The notes under the pieces are model-generated. The model ran no database searches, was not told the origin of the DNA, and saw only the letters and a list, made by a program, of their open reading frames with translations. From NCBI GenBank assembly GCA_031960885.1, contig JAVRLY010000014.1:1-24292 (forward strand): DNA of 24,292 bases, in the 5' to 3' direction. Source of the stretch: Desulfurella sp. (GTDB lineage: Bacteria; Campylobacterota_A; Desulfurellia; Desulfurellales; Desulfurellaceae). Position 1 is the first letter of the stretch. Each line of letters starts with the position of its first letter. The position numbers and the translations under genes were made by a program. Shown in pieces: positions 1 to 10,550 of this stretch.

Positions 1-116
1 ATCTGGTAGTTGTTGTTTTGGCTTAAAGACTGAACTTCACTTAAAGATAAAGCATAAGTTGTGTTTGCAAATAATGCAAAAAGAAAAATACAAAACAGGA
101 TTTTCTTAGGGTGCAT
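1..116 (-). CDS. Partial CDS (N-terminus, runs off the left edge): secreted protein, probably TolC-family outer-membrane efflux protein
   Basis: Not in the ORF track; read manually. ATG at 116 with SD GGGAGGT (121-127) upstream. Translation MHPKKILFCIFLFALFANTTYA-LSLSEVQSLSQNNNYQ is a Sec signal peptide followed by an LSLxxxxxxxxxNN pattern typical of the start of mature TolC/OEP proteins. Only 38 codons are visible. Confidence 0.6.
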   Translation of the reverse strand, partial: MHPKKILFCIFLFALFANTTYALSLSEVQSLSQNNNYQ

Positions 117-149
117 GAGGACCTCCCTTCTTTTATTAATCAGTTGTTT

Positions 150-178
150 AGTTTATATTTTTATTTTAACAATGTCAA
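150..178 (-). promoter_or_regulatory. sigma70-type promoter for the TolC-like gene
   Basis: Minus strand TTGACA (178-173), 17-nt spacer, TAAACT (155-150), 33 nt upstream of the ATG at 116. Confidence 0.7.
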
Positions 179-183
179 GCTAT

Positions 184-1569
184 TTAAGTATTATTTTCAG
201 TTCTCTTATTTAGTCCAAAAATATAGTATGCAGCAATTAGCAAACCGAACCAAGGTATTGCTACATATAAAGCAATTCTGCCATCTGGCATAAAAGCCAT
301 TACTACAATTACTAAAATCAAAAAAACTATCCCCAGCACATTTAGAATAGGGTACAATGGCAATCGGTATTTTGGTAATTCATTTTTTGGCTTAAGACTT
401 CTAAATTTCATGTGCATGATAAGTATTAATAGCCATACATACAAAGCACCTGTTGTTGCTATGCTTGTTATAATAGTAAATACTTGCTTCGGTATAAAGT
501 AATTCAATATTACGCCAATCAACATTATTGTTGAAGAAAAAATAATACCCACATATGGTACTTTATTGTTGCTTAATTTTGAAAAACTTTTTGGAGCATT
601 ATTTTGTAGTGATAATGAATAAAGCATTCTACCAGTTGAAAACAAGCCGCCGTTAGTACTAGAAAGTGCAGCTGTAATAACGACAAAATTTATAATGCTA
701 GCTGCTGAGGCTATGCCTAGTTTTGAAAAACTTTCAACGAATGGACTGCCAAATGTGCCAATTTTCAACCAAGGATATATTGATAGTATAACAATCATAG
801 GTAAAGCGTAAAACAAAATTATTCTGTATATAACTTTATCAATTGCAGATGGCAAAGTTGTTTGAGGATTGTGAGCTTCGCCAGCTGTAACTGCTACAAT
901 TTCAATGCCCAAATATGCGTAAACAACAATTATCAAAGAAAACAAAAAACCTTTTAAACCATTTGGGAAAAAACCTCCATATTTATACAAATTGCTAAAT
1001 CCTGTAGGTATGCCATGATTTCCAAATCCAAAAAAAATTATAAAAGCTCCTACTACTATGAAAAATAAAATTGTTACTATTTTTATAATTGAAAACCAGA
1101 ATTCTGTTTCCCCATATACTTTTACTGCAATAAGATTTAAAAGCGTTATCAAAATAACAGATATAAGTGCTGGTATCCACTGAGGTACACTTGGAAACCA
1201 AAATGTTACATAAATCCCAACCGCTGTTATTTCTGCCATTACAGTAACAGTCCACATAAACCAGTAAGTCCAACCTGTTATGTAGCCAGCCAATGGTCCT
1301 AAGATATGGTCAGCCCAAGCACTAAAACTTCCTGATACAGGATACACTACAGCAATCTCGCCTAGTGCTCTTAAAACAATGAAAACAATTAAACCTACTA
1401 ATATATATGATAAAATTAGAGATGGACCTGTAAATTTTATACCTGTTGCAGAACCTAAAAATAAACCTACTCCAATAGCAGAGCCTAAGGCAATCAATTG
1501 GATATGCCGATTTTTTAAATCTCTTTTTAAATTTTCTTTTAGATAACCTTCTTCAAGTTTATCTTGCAT
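184..1569 (-). CDS. Amino-acid permease, APC superfamily (AAT/YAT-like)
   Basis: 461 aa, about 12 hydrophobic segments. N-terminal LKRDLKNRHIQLIALGSAIGVGLFLGS, YGETEFWFSIIK and GIEIVAVTAGEA motifs. SD AGGGGG upstream. Substrate cannot be called. Confidence 0.95.
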   Translation of the reverse strand: MQDKLEEGYLKENLKRDLKNRHIQLIALGSAIGVGLFLGSATGIKFTGPSLILSYILVGLIVFIVLRALGEIAVVYPVSGSFSAWADHILGPLAGYITGWTYWFMWTVTVMAEITAVGIYVTFWFPSVPQWIPALISVILITLLNLIAVKVYGETEFWFSIIKIVTILFFIVVGAFIIFFGFGNHGIPTGFSNLYKYGGFFPNGLKGFLFSLIIVVYAYLGIEIVAVTAGEAHNPQTTLPSAIDKVIYRIILFYALPMIVILSIYPWLKIGTFGSPFVESFSKLGIASAASIINFVVITAALSSTNGGLFSTGRMLYSLSLQNNAPKSFSKLSNNKVPYVGIIFSSTIMLIGVILNYFIPKQVFTIITSIATTGALYVWLLILIMHMKFRSLKPKNELPKYRLPLYPILNVLGIVFLILVIVVMAFMPDGRIALYVAIPWFGLLIAAYYIFGLNKRTENNT

Positions 1570-1596
1570 AAATACCCCCTATTAAAAATTAAACAA

Positions 1597-1625
1597 ATTA
1601 TAACTAGAATTTATTATTTAGTCAA
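1597..1625 (-). promoter_or_regulatory. sigma70-type promoter for the permease
   Basis: Minus strand TTGACT (1625-1620), 17-nt spacer, TATAAT (1602-1597). Confidence 0.7.
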
Positions 1626-1642
1626 TATTAAATTAATTTAAT

Positions 1643-2362
1643 TTAGTGCATTAAATATTCTTGCTCAATAAGGTGCTTCAACTTTATAATAGCGTTAATT
1701 TTAATTTGAGAAACCCTGCTTTGTGTTTTCTTTATAATTTGTGCAATTTCCTTAATACTAAAATCTTCGTAATAATACATTGATAAAACATCAATTTCAA
1801 TTTTTGAAAGTTTACCTAAAGCTCTTGTAAGCATATCTAGGCGTTCGTTTTCTTCTATAATATCGATGGCAGATTTTACATTTTTATCTTCGATTGACTC
1901 TTGTAAGTTTATTTCATCTTCCAGCACATTATCTAGGCTCACAATATCTAAATTGGATAACTCAAGCATTGCTTTGTGATATTCTTTTATTGTTAAACCA
2001 GCTTTATCTGCAATGCTTTTTTCTGAAGCATTAAATATATTTTCTTTCAAAAATTCTTTATGCGCTCTGGATATGCTTTTTAATTTATCCCTAGTATAGC
2101 GAGAAATTACGTCTGCATTTCTTAATTTGTCTAATATTGCGCCTCTTGCTTTTAGTAATGCATACTTGTAAAATGTGTTTTCGTATTTAGTTGTATCAAT
2201 GTTATCTAATGCTTTTAGAAGTCCCATCATACCAACTTGAATGAAATCTTCTTCATCGTAAGATTCTGGCATTTTAACGACAATTTTTCTTACCATTCTT
2301 TTTACAATATTATAAAAATATTTGATTTGTTCTTCACTAAAATTAACTTGACTGGGACTCAT
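1643..2362 (-). CDS. fliA: FliA/WhiG-family (sigma28) RNA polymerase sigma factor
   Basis: 239 aa. Region 2 DFIQVGMMGLL...ARGAILDKLR; region 3 VSLD; region 4 LSMYYYEDFSIKEIAQII...SRVSQI, typical of FliA. Flagellar genes occur elsewhere in the window. Confidence 0.85.
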   Translation of the reverse strand: MSPSQVNFSEEQIKYFYNIVKRMVRKIVVKMPESYDEEDFIQVGMMGLLKALDNIDTTKYENTFYKYALLKARGAILDKLRNADVISRYTRDKLKSISRAHKEFLKENIFNASEKSIADKAGLTIKEYHKAMLELSNLDIVSLDNVLEDEINLQESIEDKNVKSAIDIIEENERLDMLTRALGKLSKIEIDVLSMYYYEDFSIKEIAQIIKKTQSRVSQIKINAIIKLKHLIEQEYLMH

Positions 2363-2368
2363 GTGTAA

Positions 2369-5117
<2,749 letters not shown>

Positions 5118-5131
<14 letters not shown>

Positions 5132-5819
5132 ATTTAAACTCTTTTAGTGTTAAAGTTTTATCGTATTCAATGTAAGTAAAATTATCGCAAAAATCTCCAA
5201 TATTAGCATAAATACCATTGTCAATTTTTTTTACGGTTGGATTATGAGTATGTGCTAAAATAACATAGTCAAAACCTTCTTTTATAAGTTGATTTGCAAA
5301 TTCTTCTAAAGCATAATCTGTTTGACGCAGTGTTTTGCTTTTAAGGTTTTTTTTGCTTACGCTTGAAGCAATATTTGCTAGTCTTAGAAGAAAAACAGGA
5401 GAAATAAAGTTTATAATTTTTAATGTAAAGCGATTTTTAAGTATATTCCTAAATATCAAATAAGCTTTGTCTTTTTTGTCTATACAGTCACCGTGTGCTA
5501 TATAAAAAAGCTTTGAATCAATTGTTTCTATAAGCTCTTTTTTAACAATTTCTGCATTGGGTATAAACTTTTTTATGGTTTCTAATTTGTACTCGTGATT
5601 TCCCTCAAATAAGTATAGTTTTTTTTTATCTGAGATTTTTTTTAAAAGCTCAATTAATTGCAAATGATTGCAAAATATGAAGTTGTATCCAAAATAGAAT
5701 TCAAATAAGTCTCCTACAATGTATATTCTGTCGTATTTATGGTATATAGAATCCAAAAAATTTAAAAAATTATAATCTAATTGCTTATAGTGAACATCAG
5801 ATATAAAAAGTGCTTTCAT
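5118..5819 (-). CDS. lpxH: UDP-2,3-diacylglucosamine diphosphatase (calcineurin-like metallophosphoesterase)
   Basis: 233 aa. FISDVH, VGDLFE, EGNHE, AHGD and AHTH motifs, with a helical insertion (DKAYLIFRNILKN) as in LpxH. Confidence 0.85.
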
Positions 5820-6250
5820 ATAGCCTCTTTATCTTTTTGCATGTGTTTTCGTTTTTCTAGAGCAGATTTGATTATTAAATAAAAAAATACAGATATTGGT
5901 ATGGCTAGCAATAAACTCCCAAACCACGTTATTAAATATATGTGAAAACCTTTGTGCAACATATAGCTAGCTGAAAAGTTTTTCACCAAATCAAGTTTAA
6001 TATTTAACAATATAGCTCCAATTTTATAAGACAAAGTGTAAACAAAAACCATTGTCCAGGGGTTATTTAAAAGTGTTCCAATGATTAGAGAAATTTTGTT
6101 TAATTTAAATATAAAAGCTATTATTAATGCAAGTATTGTATGAAAACCAAAAGTTGGTGTTATTGAAATGAAAACACCGATTGCAAAAGAAAGTGCTATT
6201 TTATGAGGTGTATCTTTAAGTGCAAATAAGCTATGTATTATTTTTCTTAT
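5816..6250 (-). CDS. DUF2062-family membrane protein; 5' end lacks a canonical start codon
   Basis: The frame of the tracked 78-aa ORF stays open upstream to a TAG at 6263-6265. It reads ...IRKIIHSLFALKDTPHKIALSFAIGVFISITPTFGFHTILALIIAFIFKLNKISLIIGTLLNNPWTMVFVY..., the DUF2062 N-terminal signature. There is no ATG/GTG/TTG before 6052. The best start is ATA at 6250, 8 nt after SD AGGGAG. Confidence 0.85.
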   Translation of the reverse strand: MRKIIHSLFALKDTPHKIALSFAIGVFISITPTFGFHTILALIIAFIFKLNKISLIIGTLLNNPWTMVFVYTLSYKIGAILLNIKLDLVKNFSASYMLHKGFHIYLITWFGSLLLAIPISVFFYLIIKSALEKRKHMQKDKEAI

Positions 6251-6866
6251 TTTTTTTACTCCCTAAGCTAGAAAATAGTTTTTCAAAAAAAGTTTCTTTT
6301 TTTTGCAACTGATTTAGTTTATCCAAAGCAAATTTATTATTTGGCTCCCATTCCAAAACTTCACTATATACTTTAATTGCTGTATTTTTTAAACCAATAA
6401 TTTCATAAGCATTTGCTAAACCAATAAGGGCTTCTATATTGTAGTTTTCTAATTCCAATGTTTTTCTGTAATAATCAATTGCCTGCTTATAATAACCTTT
6501 AGCAGTGTATGTTTTTGCAAAAAGTAAAAAAACCTTTGCATCTTTTTGTTTTTTTACAAGCATTTTTAAGGTATTAAGAGCATTGTCAATTTCATGTTTG
6601 TTAAGAAAATCTTCTATTTTTGCTATTAGGTATTTTGCATAATCTTGATCTATTTCGATTTTTAGCTCTGACTGTCTAGAAGATGATAAATTTTTAAGCT
6701 GGTTATATGCGTTCGTTAAATCTTGAAAAACACTTAAAAAGTACTGCCTTTCTTCATCATTTTTTGCTAAATCTGGATGATATTTTTTAGCAAGCTCTCT
6801 ATAAGCTTTATTTACACTATCTAAATTAGCATCGCTAGTTAATCCCAATATTTTATAAGGGTCCAT
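6231..6866 (-). CDS. J-domain (DnaJ-like) protein with C-terminal TPR repeats
   Basis: MDPYKILGL...AYRELAKKYHPD with an intact HPD motif, then TPR helices (GYYKQAIDYYRKTLELE; AIKVYSEVLEWEPNN). Likely start ATG 6866 (track start 6878). Confidence 0.9.
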   Translation of the reverse strand: MDPYKILGLTSDANLDSVNKAYRELAKKYHPDLAKNDEERQYFLSVFQDLTNAYNQLKNLSSSRQSELKIEIDQDYAKYLIAKIEDFLNKHEIDNALNTLKMLVKKQKDAKVFLLFAKTYTAKGYYKQAIDYYRKTLELENYNIEALIGLANAYEIIGLKNTAIKVYSEVLEWEPNNKFALDKLNQLQKKETFFEKLFSSLGSKKNKKNNT

Positions 6867-6867
6867 A

Positions 6868-7707
6868 TTATTTATCAAACATTTTCTTAAGTTTATTTAA
6901 AGCCTCTTTTTCGATTTGTCTAACTCTTTCTTTTGATATATTATACTGCTCACCAATTTCATCCAATGTATAGCGTCTACCTAAATCAAGTCCAAATCTC
7001 ATTTTTATAATATCCTGTTGTCTTTGTGGCAGTTGCTTTAAAAGTTTTTTTAGCGTATTTACGCTTGATTCATAAACATATTTATCTTCAACAGATATGC
7101 TTTCATCTTCTAAAACATCCAATAGGCTGTTATCGCTGTCTTCACTGATATTTTTATCCAAAGAATTAAATTTTAACCTATTGACTTCGATATTTTTAAT
7201 TTCTTTTTCGCTAAATCCGCTTATTTTTGATGCTTCTTTATCTTCTATTTCTTCGCCAAATTCTCGAAAATATGCATCTTTTATATAGTTTAATTTGTTT
7301 GATTTTGCACGTGCTTTAATTGGTATTTTAATAGGGGATGCCTGTTCGCTCAATGTTTTTAATATAGCTTGTTTAATCCACCATACTGCGTATGAGATGA
7401 ATTTTATATTTTTATCTGGATCAAATTTTGATGCTGCCTTAATTAGTCCAATATTGCCTTCATTTATCAAATCAGAAAGTGGAACGCCGAAATTCTTGTA
7501 GCGTTGAGCAATTGATACAACAAATCGCAAATTATGTTTTACAAGTTTTTTTAAAGCTTCTTTGTCGCCATTTTGAATTTTTTTTGCTAATTCTATTTCT
7601 TCTTCCCTTGACAGAAGAGGTACTTTAGATATTTCATCCAAGTATTGATTTATAGGGTTTTTAATTTCTGTTTCTTTCTCTTTGATTTTTATTTTATTTT
7701 TTTCCAT
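6868..7707 (-). CDS. Alternative sigma70-family sigma factor (RpoD/RpoS-like, lacks region 1.1)
   Basis: 279 aa. Region 1.2 YLDEISKVPLLSREEEIELA; region 2 NLRFVVSIA...DLINEGNIGL...KFISYAVWWIKQAI; region 4 TLDEIG...SKERVRQIEKEALNKL. Confidence 0.93.
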   Translation of the reverse strand: MEKNKIKIKEKETEIKNPINQYLDEISKVPLLSREEEIELAKKIQNGDKEALKKLVKHNLRFVVSIAQRYKNFGVPLSDLINEGNIGLIKAASKFDPDKNIKFISYAVWWIKQAILKTLSEQASPIKIPIKARAKSNKLNYIKDAYFREFGEEIEDKEASKISGFSEKEIKNIEVNRLKFNSLDKNISEDSDNSLLDVLEDESISVEDKYVYESSVNTLKKLLKQLPQRQQDIIKMRFGLDLGRRYTLDEIGEQYNISKERVRQIEKEALNKLKKMFDK

Positions 7708-9098
7708 ATAGTTTTGTCTTTATGGTCTTCTAAAATAATGCCAGCATTTAAAAGTTCATTTCGTATGGCATCAGCAAGTGCATATTTTTTTTCTTTTTTT
7801 GCATTATTTCTTTGTTTAATTTTTTCTTCAATCCATTGATTTTGTTCTACGTTAAACCAATTTTTGTATGTTTTTTCAAAAATACCCAATACTTGAGCAA
7901 TACTTGACATAGAATCTAAAAAAATTTTTTTTAATTGAATGCTTGGTTTTGTGTTGTTTTTCTCACAATTATTTAAATAGAGATTAAGTTCTTTTATGCA
8001 ATTAAAAACTTCTGCTATGGCTTGAGGTGTATTAAAATCATTATCCATTGACCTTTCAAAATTTTCTATCAGTTTTTCTAATGAATCTAATTTGAAATCT
8101 TCATTATTAAATTGTGTATTATCCAGTCTCATCAAAAAAGTATAGTATCGATTGAGCGCTTCTTTCGCAGCTAAAAGGCCATCATAAGAAAACTCTATTG
8201 GGTTTCTATAATGTGTAAGAAGCATGTAATACCTTAGCGTTTCACCATTAAATACTTTAAGCACATCCCTTATGGTAAAAAAATTTCCAAGAGATTTAGA
8301 CATTTTTTCATTGTTTATTTTAATGAAACCATTATGTATCCAATACCTTACAAAAGTTTTACCGCTTAGCGCTTCACTTTGAGCAATTTCATTTTCATGG
8401 TGAGGGAAAATAAGGTCTTCTCCGCCACCGTGAATATCAATTGTTTCACCAAGATAATGCATACTCATAACAGAACACTCGATATGCCAGCCTGGTCTTC
8501 CAATACCCCAAGGGGATTCCCATCCAGGTTCATTAGGTTTTGATTTTTTCCATAAAGCAAAATCCAAAGGATTTCTCTTTTTGTCATTTATATCAACTCG
8601 TGCGCCAGATTTCAACTCTTCAATTTTTTTCTGTGAAAGCTTACCATAACTATCAAACTTACTAACATCATAGTAAACATCACCATCTGACTCATAAGCA
8701 TAACCTTTATCCATAAGTTTTAGTATGAATTTTATTATATCACCTATATGCATGGTTGCTTTTGGCTCAAAAGAGGGTTTTTTAATACCAATTGCATCCA
8801 TATCTGTATAAAATTCTTTAATGTATTGTTCGCTTATTTCGTTAAATGTTTTATTTTCCGCATTTGCCTTTTGTATAATTTTATCGTCAATATCAGTAAA
8901 ATTTTTTACAAATTTAACCTCATAACCTTTATAAAGCAGATATCTATAAATAACATCAAAACATATAGCGCTTCTTGCATGACCGACATGGCAGTAATCG
9001 TAGACAGTTACACCGCAAACATACATAGTAACTATATTATTGTTTAGCGGGATAAAATCTTCTATTTTTCTTTTTTGAGTATTGAATATTTTAAGCAT
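7689..9098 (-). CDS. cysS: Cysteine--tRNA ligase
   Basis: MYVCGVTVYDYCHVGH (HIGH-type), GRPGWHIECS, DIHGGGEDLIFPHHENE, KMSKSLGN, C-terminal ADAIRNEL. Confidence 0.99.
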   Translation of the reverse strand: MLKIFNTQKRKIEDFIPLNNNIVTMYVCGVTVYDYCHVGHARSAICFDVIYRYLLYKGYEVKFVKNFTDIDDKIIQKANAENKTFNEISEQYIKEFYTDMDAIGIKKPSFEPKATMHIGDIIKFILKLMDKGYAYESDGDVYYDVSKFDSYGKLSQKKIEELKSGARVDINDKKRNPLDFALWKKSKPNEPGWESPWGIGRPGWHIECSVMSMHYLGETIDIHGGGEDLIFPHHENEIAQSEALSGKTFVRYWIHNGFIKINNEKMSKSLGNFFTIRDVLKVFNGETLRYYMLLTHYRNPIEFSYDGLLAAKEALNRYYTFLMRLDNTQFNNEDFKLDSLEKLIENFERSMDNDFNTPQAIAEVFNCIKELNLYLNNCEKNNTKPSIQLKKIFLDSMSSIAQVLGIFEKTYKNWFNVEQNQWIEEKIKQRNNAKKEKKYALADAIRNELLNAGIILEDHKDKTIWKKIK

Positions 9099-9904
9099 CA
9101 GTTTTTTACACCTCTAAATTCAAAGTATGGATTTATTGGATACTCTTTTTTTAATTGCATGAGATACTCGTAAGCTTTTTGCGTATCGCCTGTAGCTTTA
9201 TAAGTTTTGTACAGCATAAATAGGCATGCATCTGTTTTGCCACCTTCTGAAGTAGGTTTTTGGGGAAAGTTGTTTAGACAGTCGGAAAAATAATCCAAAG
9301 CTTTATCGTATTGATTTAGGTTGTAATAGCAACTCCCAACCCAAAAGTATGCATTTTGTTCTAAATTTGTATGTGGATGATTATTTAAAAATAATAAGAA
9401 TTTATCCAATGCAGATCTAAAATCTCTTTTCATGTATGTAGATAAAGCATCTTTATAAGATTCTAAATCTTGTGATGAAGGCGCTTTTAAGTTTTTTTCA
9501 ATATTATTTTTCTGATTTTTCTCAACTTCTTGGGGTAATTTTTTTTGTTCACTATTATGCTTTTTTGTTAAATCTTCTGTTTTGCTTGAGAATACAACGC
9601 TGGCTGGTGGTATCTTGCTTATTATATTGTTAGTAGCATTATCAAGACTTGCTTCTACTACCGTTTTTTCTGTTGTTTTATTTGATTCAGTAGCATTTGA
9701 TAATACGTTAATTTTTTTAGCAAGCACATTTAACTTTTCTTCAATGGCGCTAATTTTTGGCTTTATTGTATTTAAATCCGATGTATTTTGGTTAACAGAA
9801 TGTTCAATTTCTCCTAGTTTACTATTAATTGTCTGTATTTTTTGGTTGTAAGCACAAGAAGACAGCAAAACTACTACACAAAGCAAAAGTAATTTTCTCT
9901 TCAT
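9098..9904 (-). CDS. CpoB/YbgF-like TPR lipoprotein
   Basis: MKRKLLLLCVVVLLSSC lipobox, N-terminal coiled coil, low-complexity linker, C-terminal TPRs (FLNNHPHTNLEQNAYFWVGSCYY). Start ATG 9904 after a GGTGGGAG SD (track start 9919). Confidence 0.75.
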   Translation of the reverse strand: MKRKLLLLCVVVLLSSCAYNQKIQTINSKLGEIEHSVNQNTSDLNTIKPKISAIEEKLNVLAKKINVLSNATESNKTTEKTVVEASLDNATNNIISKIPPASVVFSSKTEDLTKKHNSEQKKLPQEVEKNQKNNIEKNLKAPSSQDLESYKDALSTYMKRDFRSALDKFLLFLNNHPHTNLEQNAYFWVGSCYYNLNQYDKALDYFSDCLNNFPQKPTSEGGKTDACLFMLYKTYKATGDTQKAYEYLMQLKKEYPINPYFEFRGVKN

Positions 9905-9928
9905 AAGATCTCCCACCACTTTTTTAAT

Positions 9929-9957
9929 ATTGTAAATAATTTTTTTGTATAAGTCAA
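9929..9957 (-). promoter_or_regulatory. sigma70-type promoter of the cpoB-cysS...fliA operon
   Basis: Minus strand TTGACT (9957-9952), 17-nt spacer, TACAAT (9934-9929). Confidence 0.7.
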
Positions 9958-9988
9958 GCTACTGAGTGTATAAATATGTTACTATCTA

Positions 9989-10016
9989 TTGACTTATATA
10001 TGAAATTATGTATATT
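9989..10016 (+). promoter_or_regulatory. sigma70-type promoter of the rimP-nusA-infB operon
   Basis: TTGACT (9989-9994), 16-nt spacer, TATATT (10011-10016). Confidence 0.6.
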
Positions 10017-10086
10017 GTAATTGTTATTGAATATTGTTACGTTTTTTATTCTCCCTACATTATATGAGGGCGCAAAGGTTTGAAAA

Positions 10087-10539
10087 ATGAATGTTTTTGA
10101 AGAGACACTTACAAAAATTTTAAAAAACTCAATTGAAGCTATGGGGTATGAACTGTACGATTTAACATATGCAAAAGGTTCTAAAAGAGGGAAGTTGACT
10201 ATCTATATTGACAAATTAGGTGGCGTAAGCTTGAAGGATTGCGAGCTTGTAAGTAGGCATATTTCTGTCATGCTTGATGTTGAAAACATAATCGAAGAAA
10301 GTTATATACTAGAAGTTTCAAGTCCTGGTATTAATAGGAGCTTAAAAACAAAAAAGCACTATGAAAACGCTATTGGCAAAGAATGTATTGTTAATTTATT
10401 TAACCCGATTGATAATAAAAAACACATACAAGGCAAAATTATAAGCGTAAATGATAGTGGCATAGAAATTGAAAACGAAGGTACTGTTATTCGAATTGAA
10501 TTTGAAAGTATCAAAAAAGCTAAGCTAAATTTAATTTAG
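10087..10539 (+). CDS. rimP: Ribosome maturation factor RimP
   Basis: LTIYIDK..GVSLKDCELVSR, YILEVSSPGINR; first gene of the nusA-infB operon. Confidence 0.97.
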   Translation: MNVFEETLTKILKNSIEAMGYELYDLTYAKGSKRGKLTIYIDKLGGVSLKDCELVSRHISVMLDVENIIEESYILEVSSPGINRSLKTKKHYENAIGKECIVNLFNPIDNKKHIQGKIISVNDSGIEIENEGTVIRIEFESIKKAKLNLI

Positions 10540-10550
10540 TGGGGGAAAAA

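Noticed and set aside
111..293. 60-aa plus-strand ORF
   Set aside because: Antisense to the permease end and to the promoter/SD of the TolC-like gene; no recognisable motif or SD.
995..1273. 92-aa alternative-frame ORF inside the permease
   Set aside because: Fully nested in a well-supported gene; no motif.
6868..7707. Calling the sigma factor rpoD, rpoS or rpoH
   Set aside because: It lacks region 1.1 of RpoD and the RpoH box; subfamily assignment needs phylogeny.
7097..9851. Plus-strand ORFs antisense to the sigma factor, cysS and cpoB-like genes
   Set aside because: Shadow ORFs without SD or domain signatures.
10053..10070. Small hairpin CCCT-a-CAT-tat-ATG-AGGG upstream of rimP (possible rimP leader)
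   Set aside because: Only 7 bp with a bulge and a 3-nt loop, no U tract; cannot be matched to the described rimP leader by eye.
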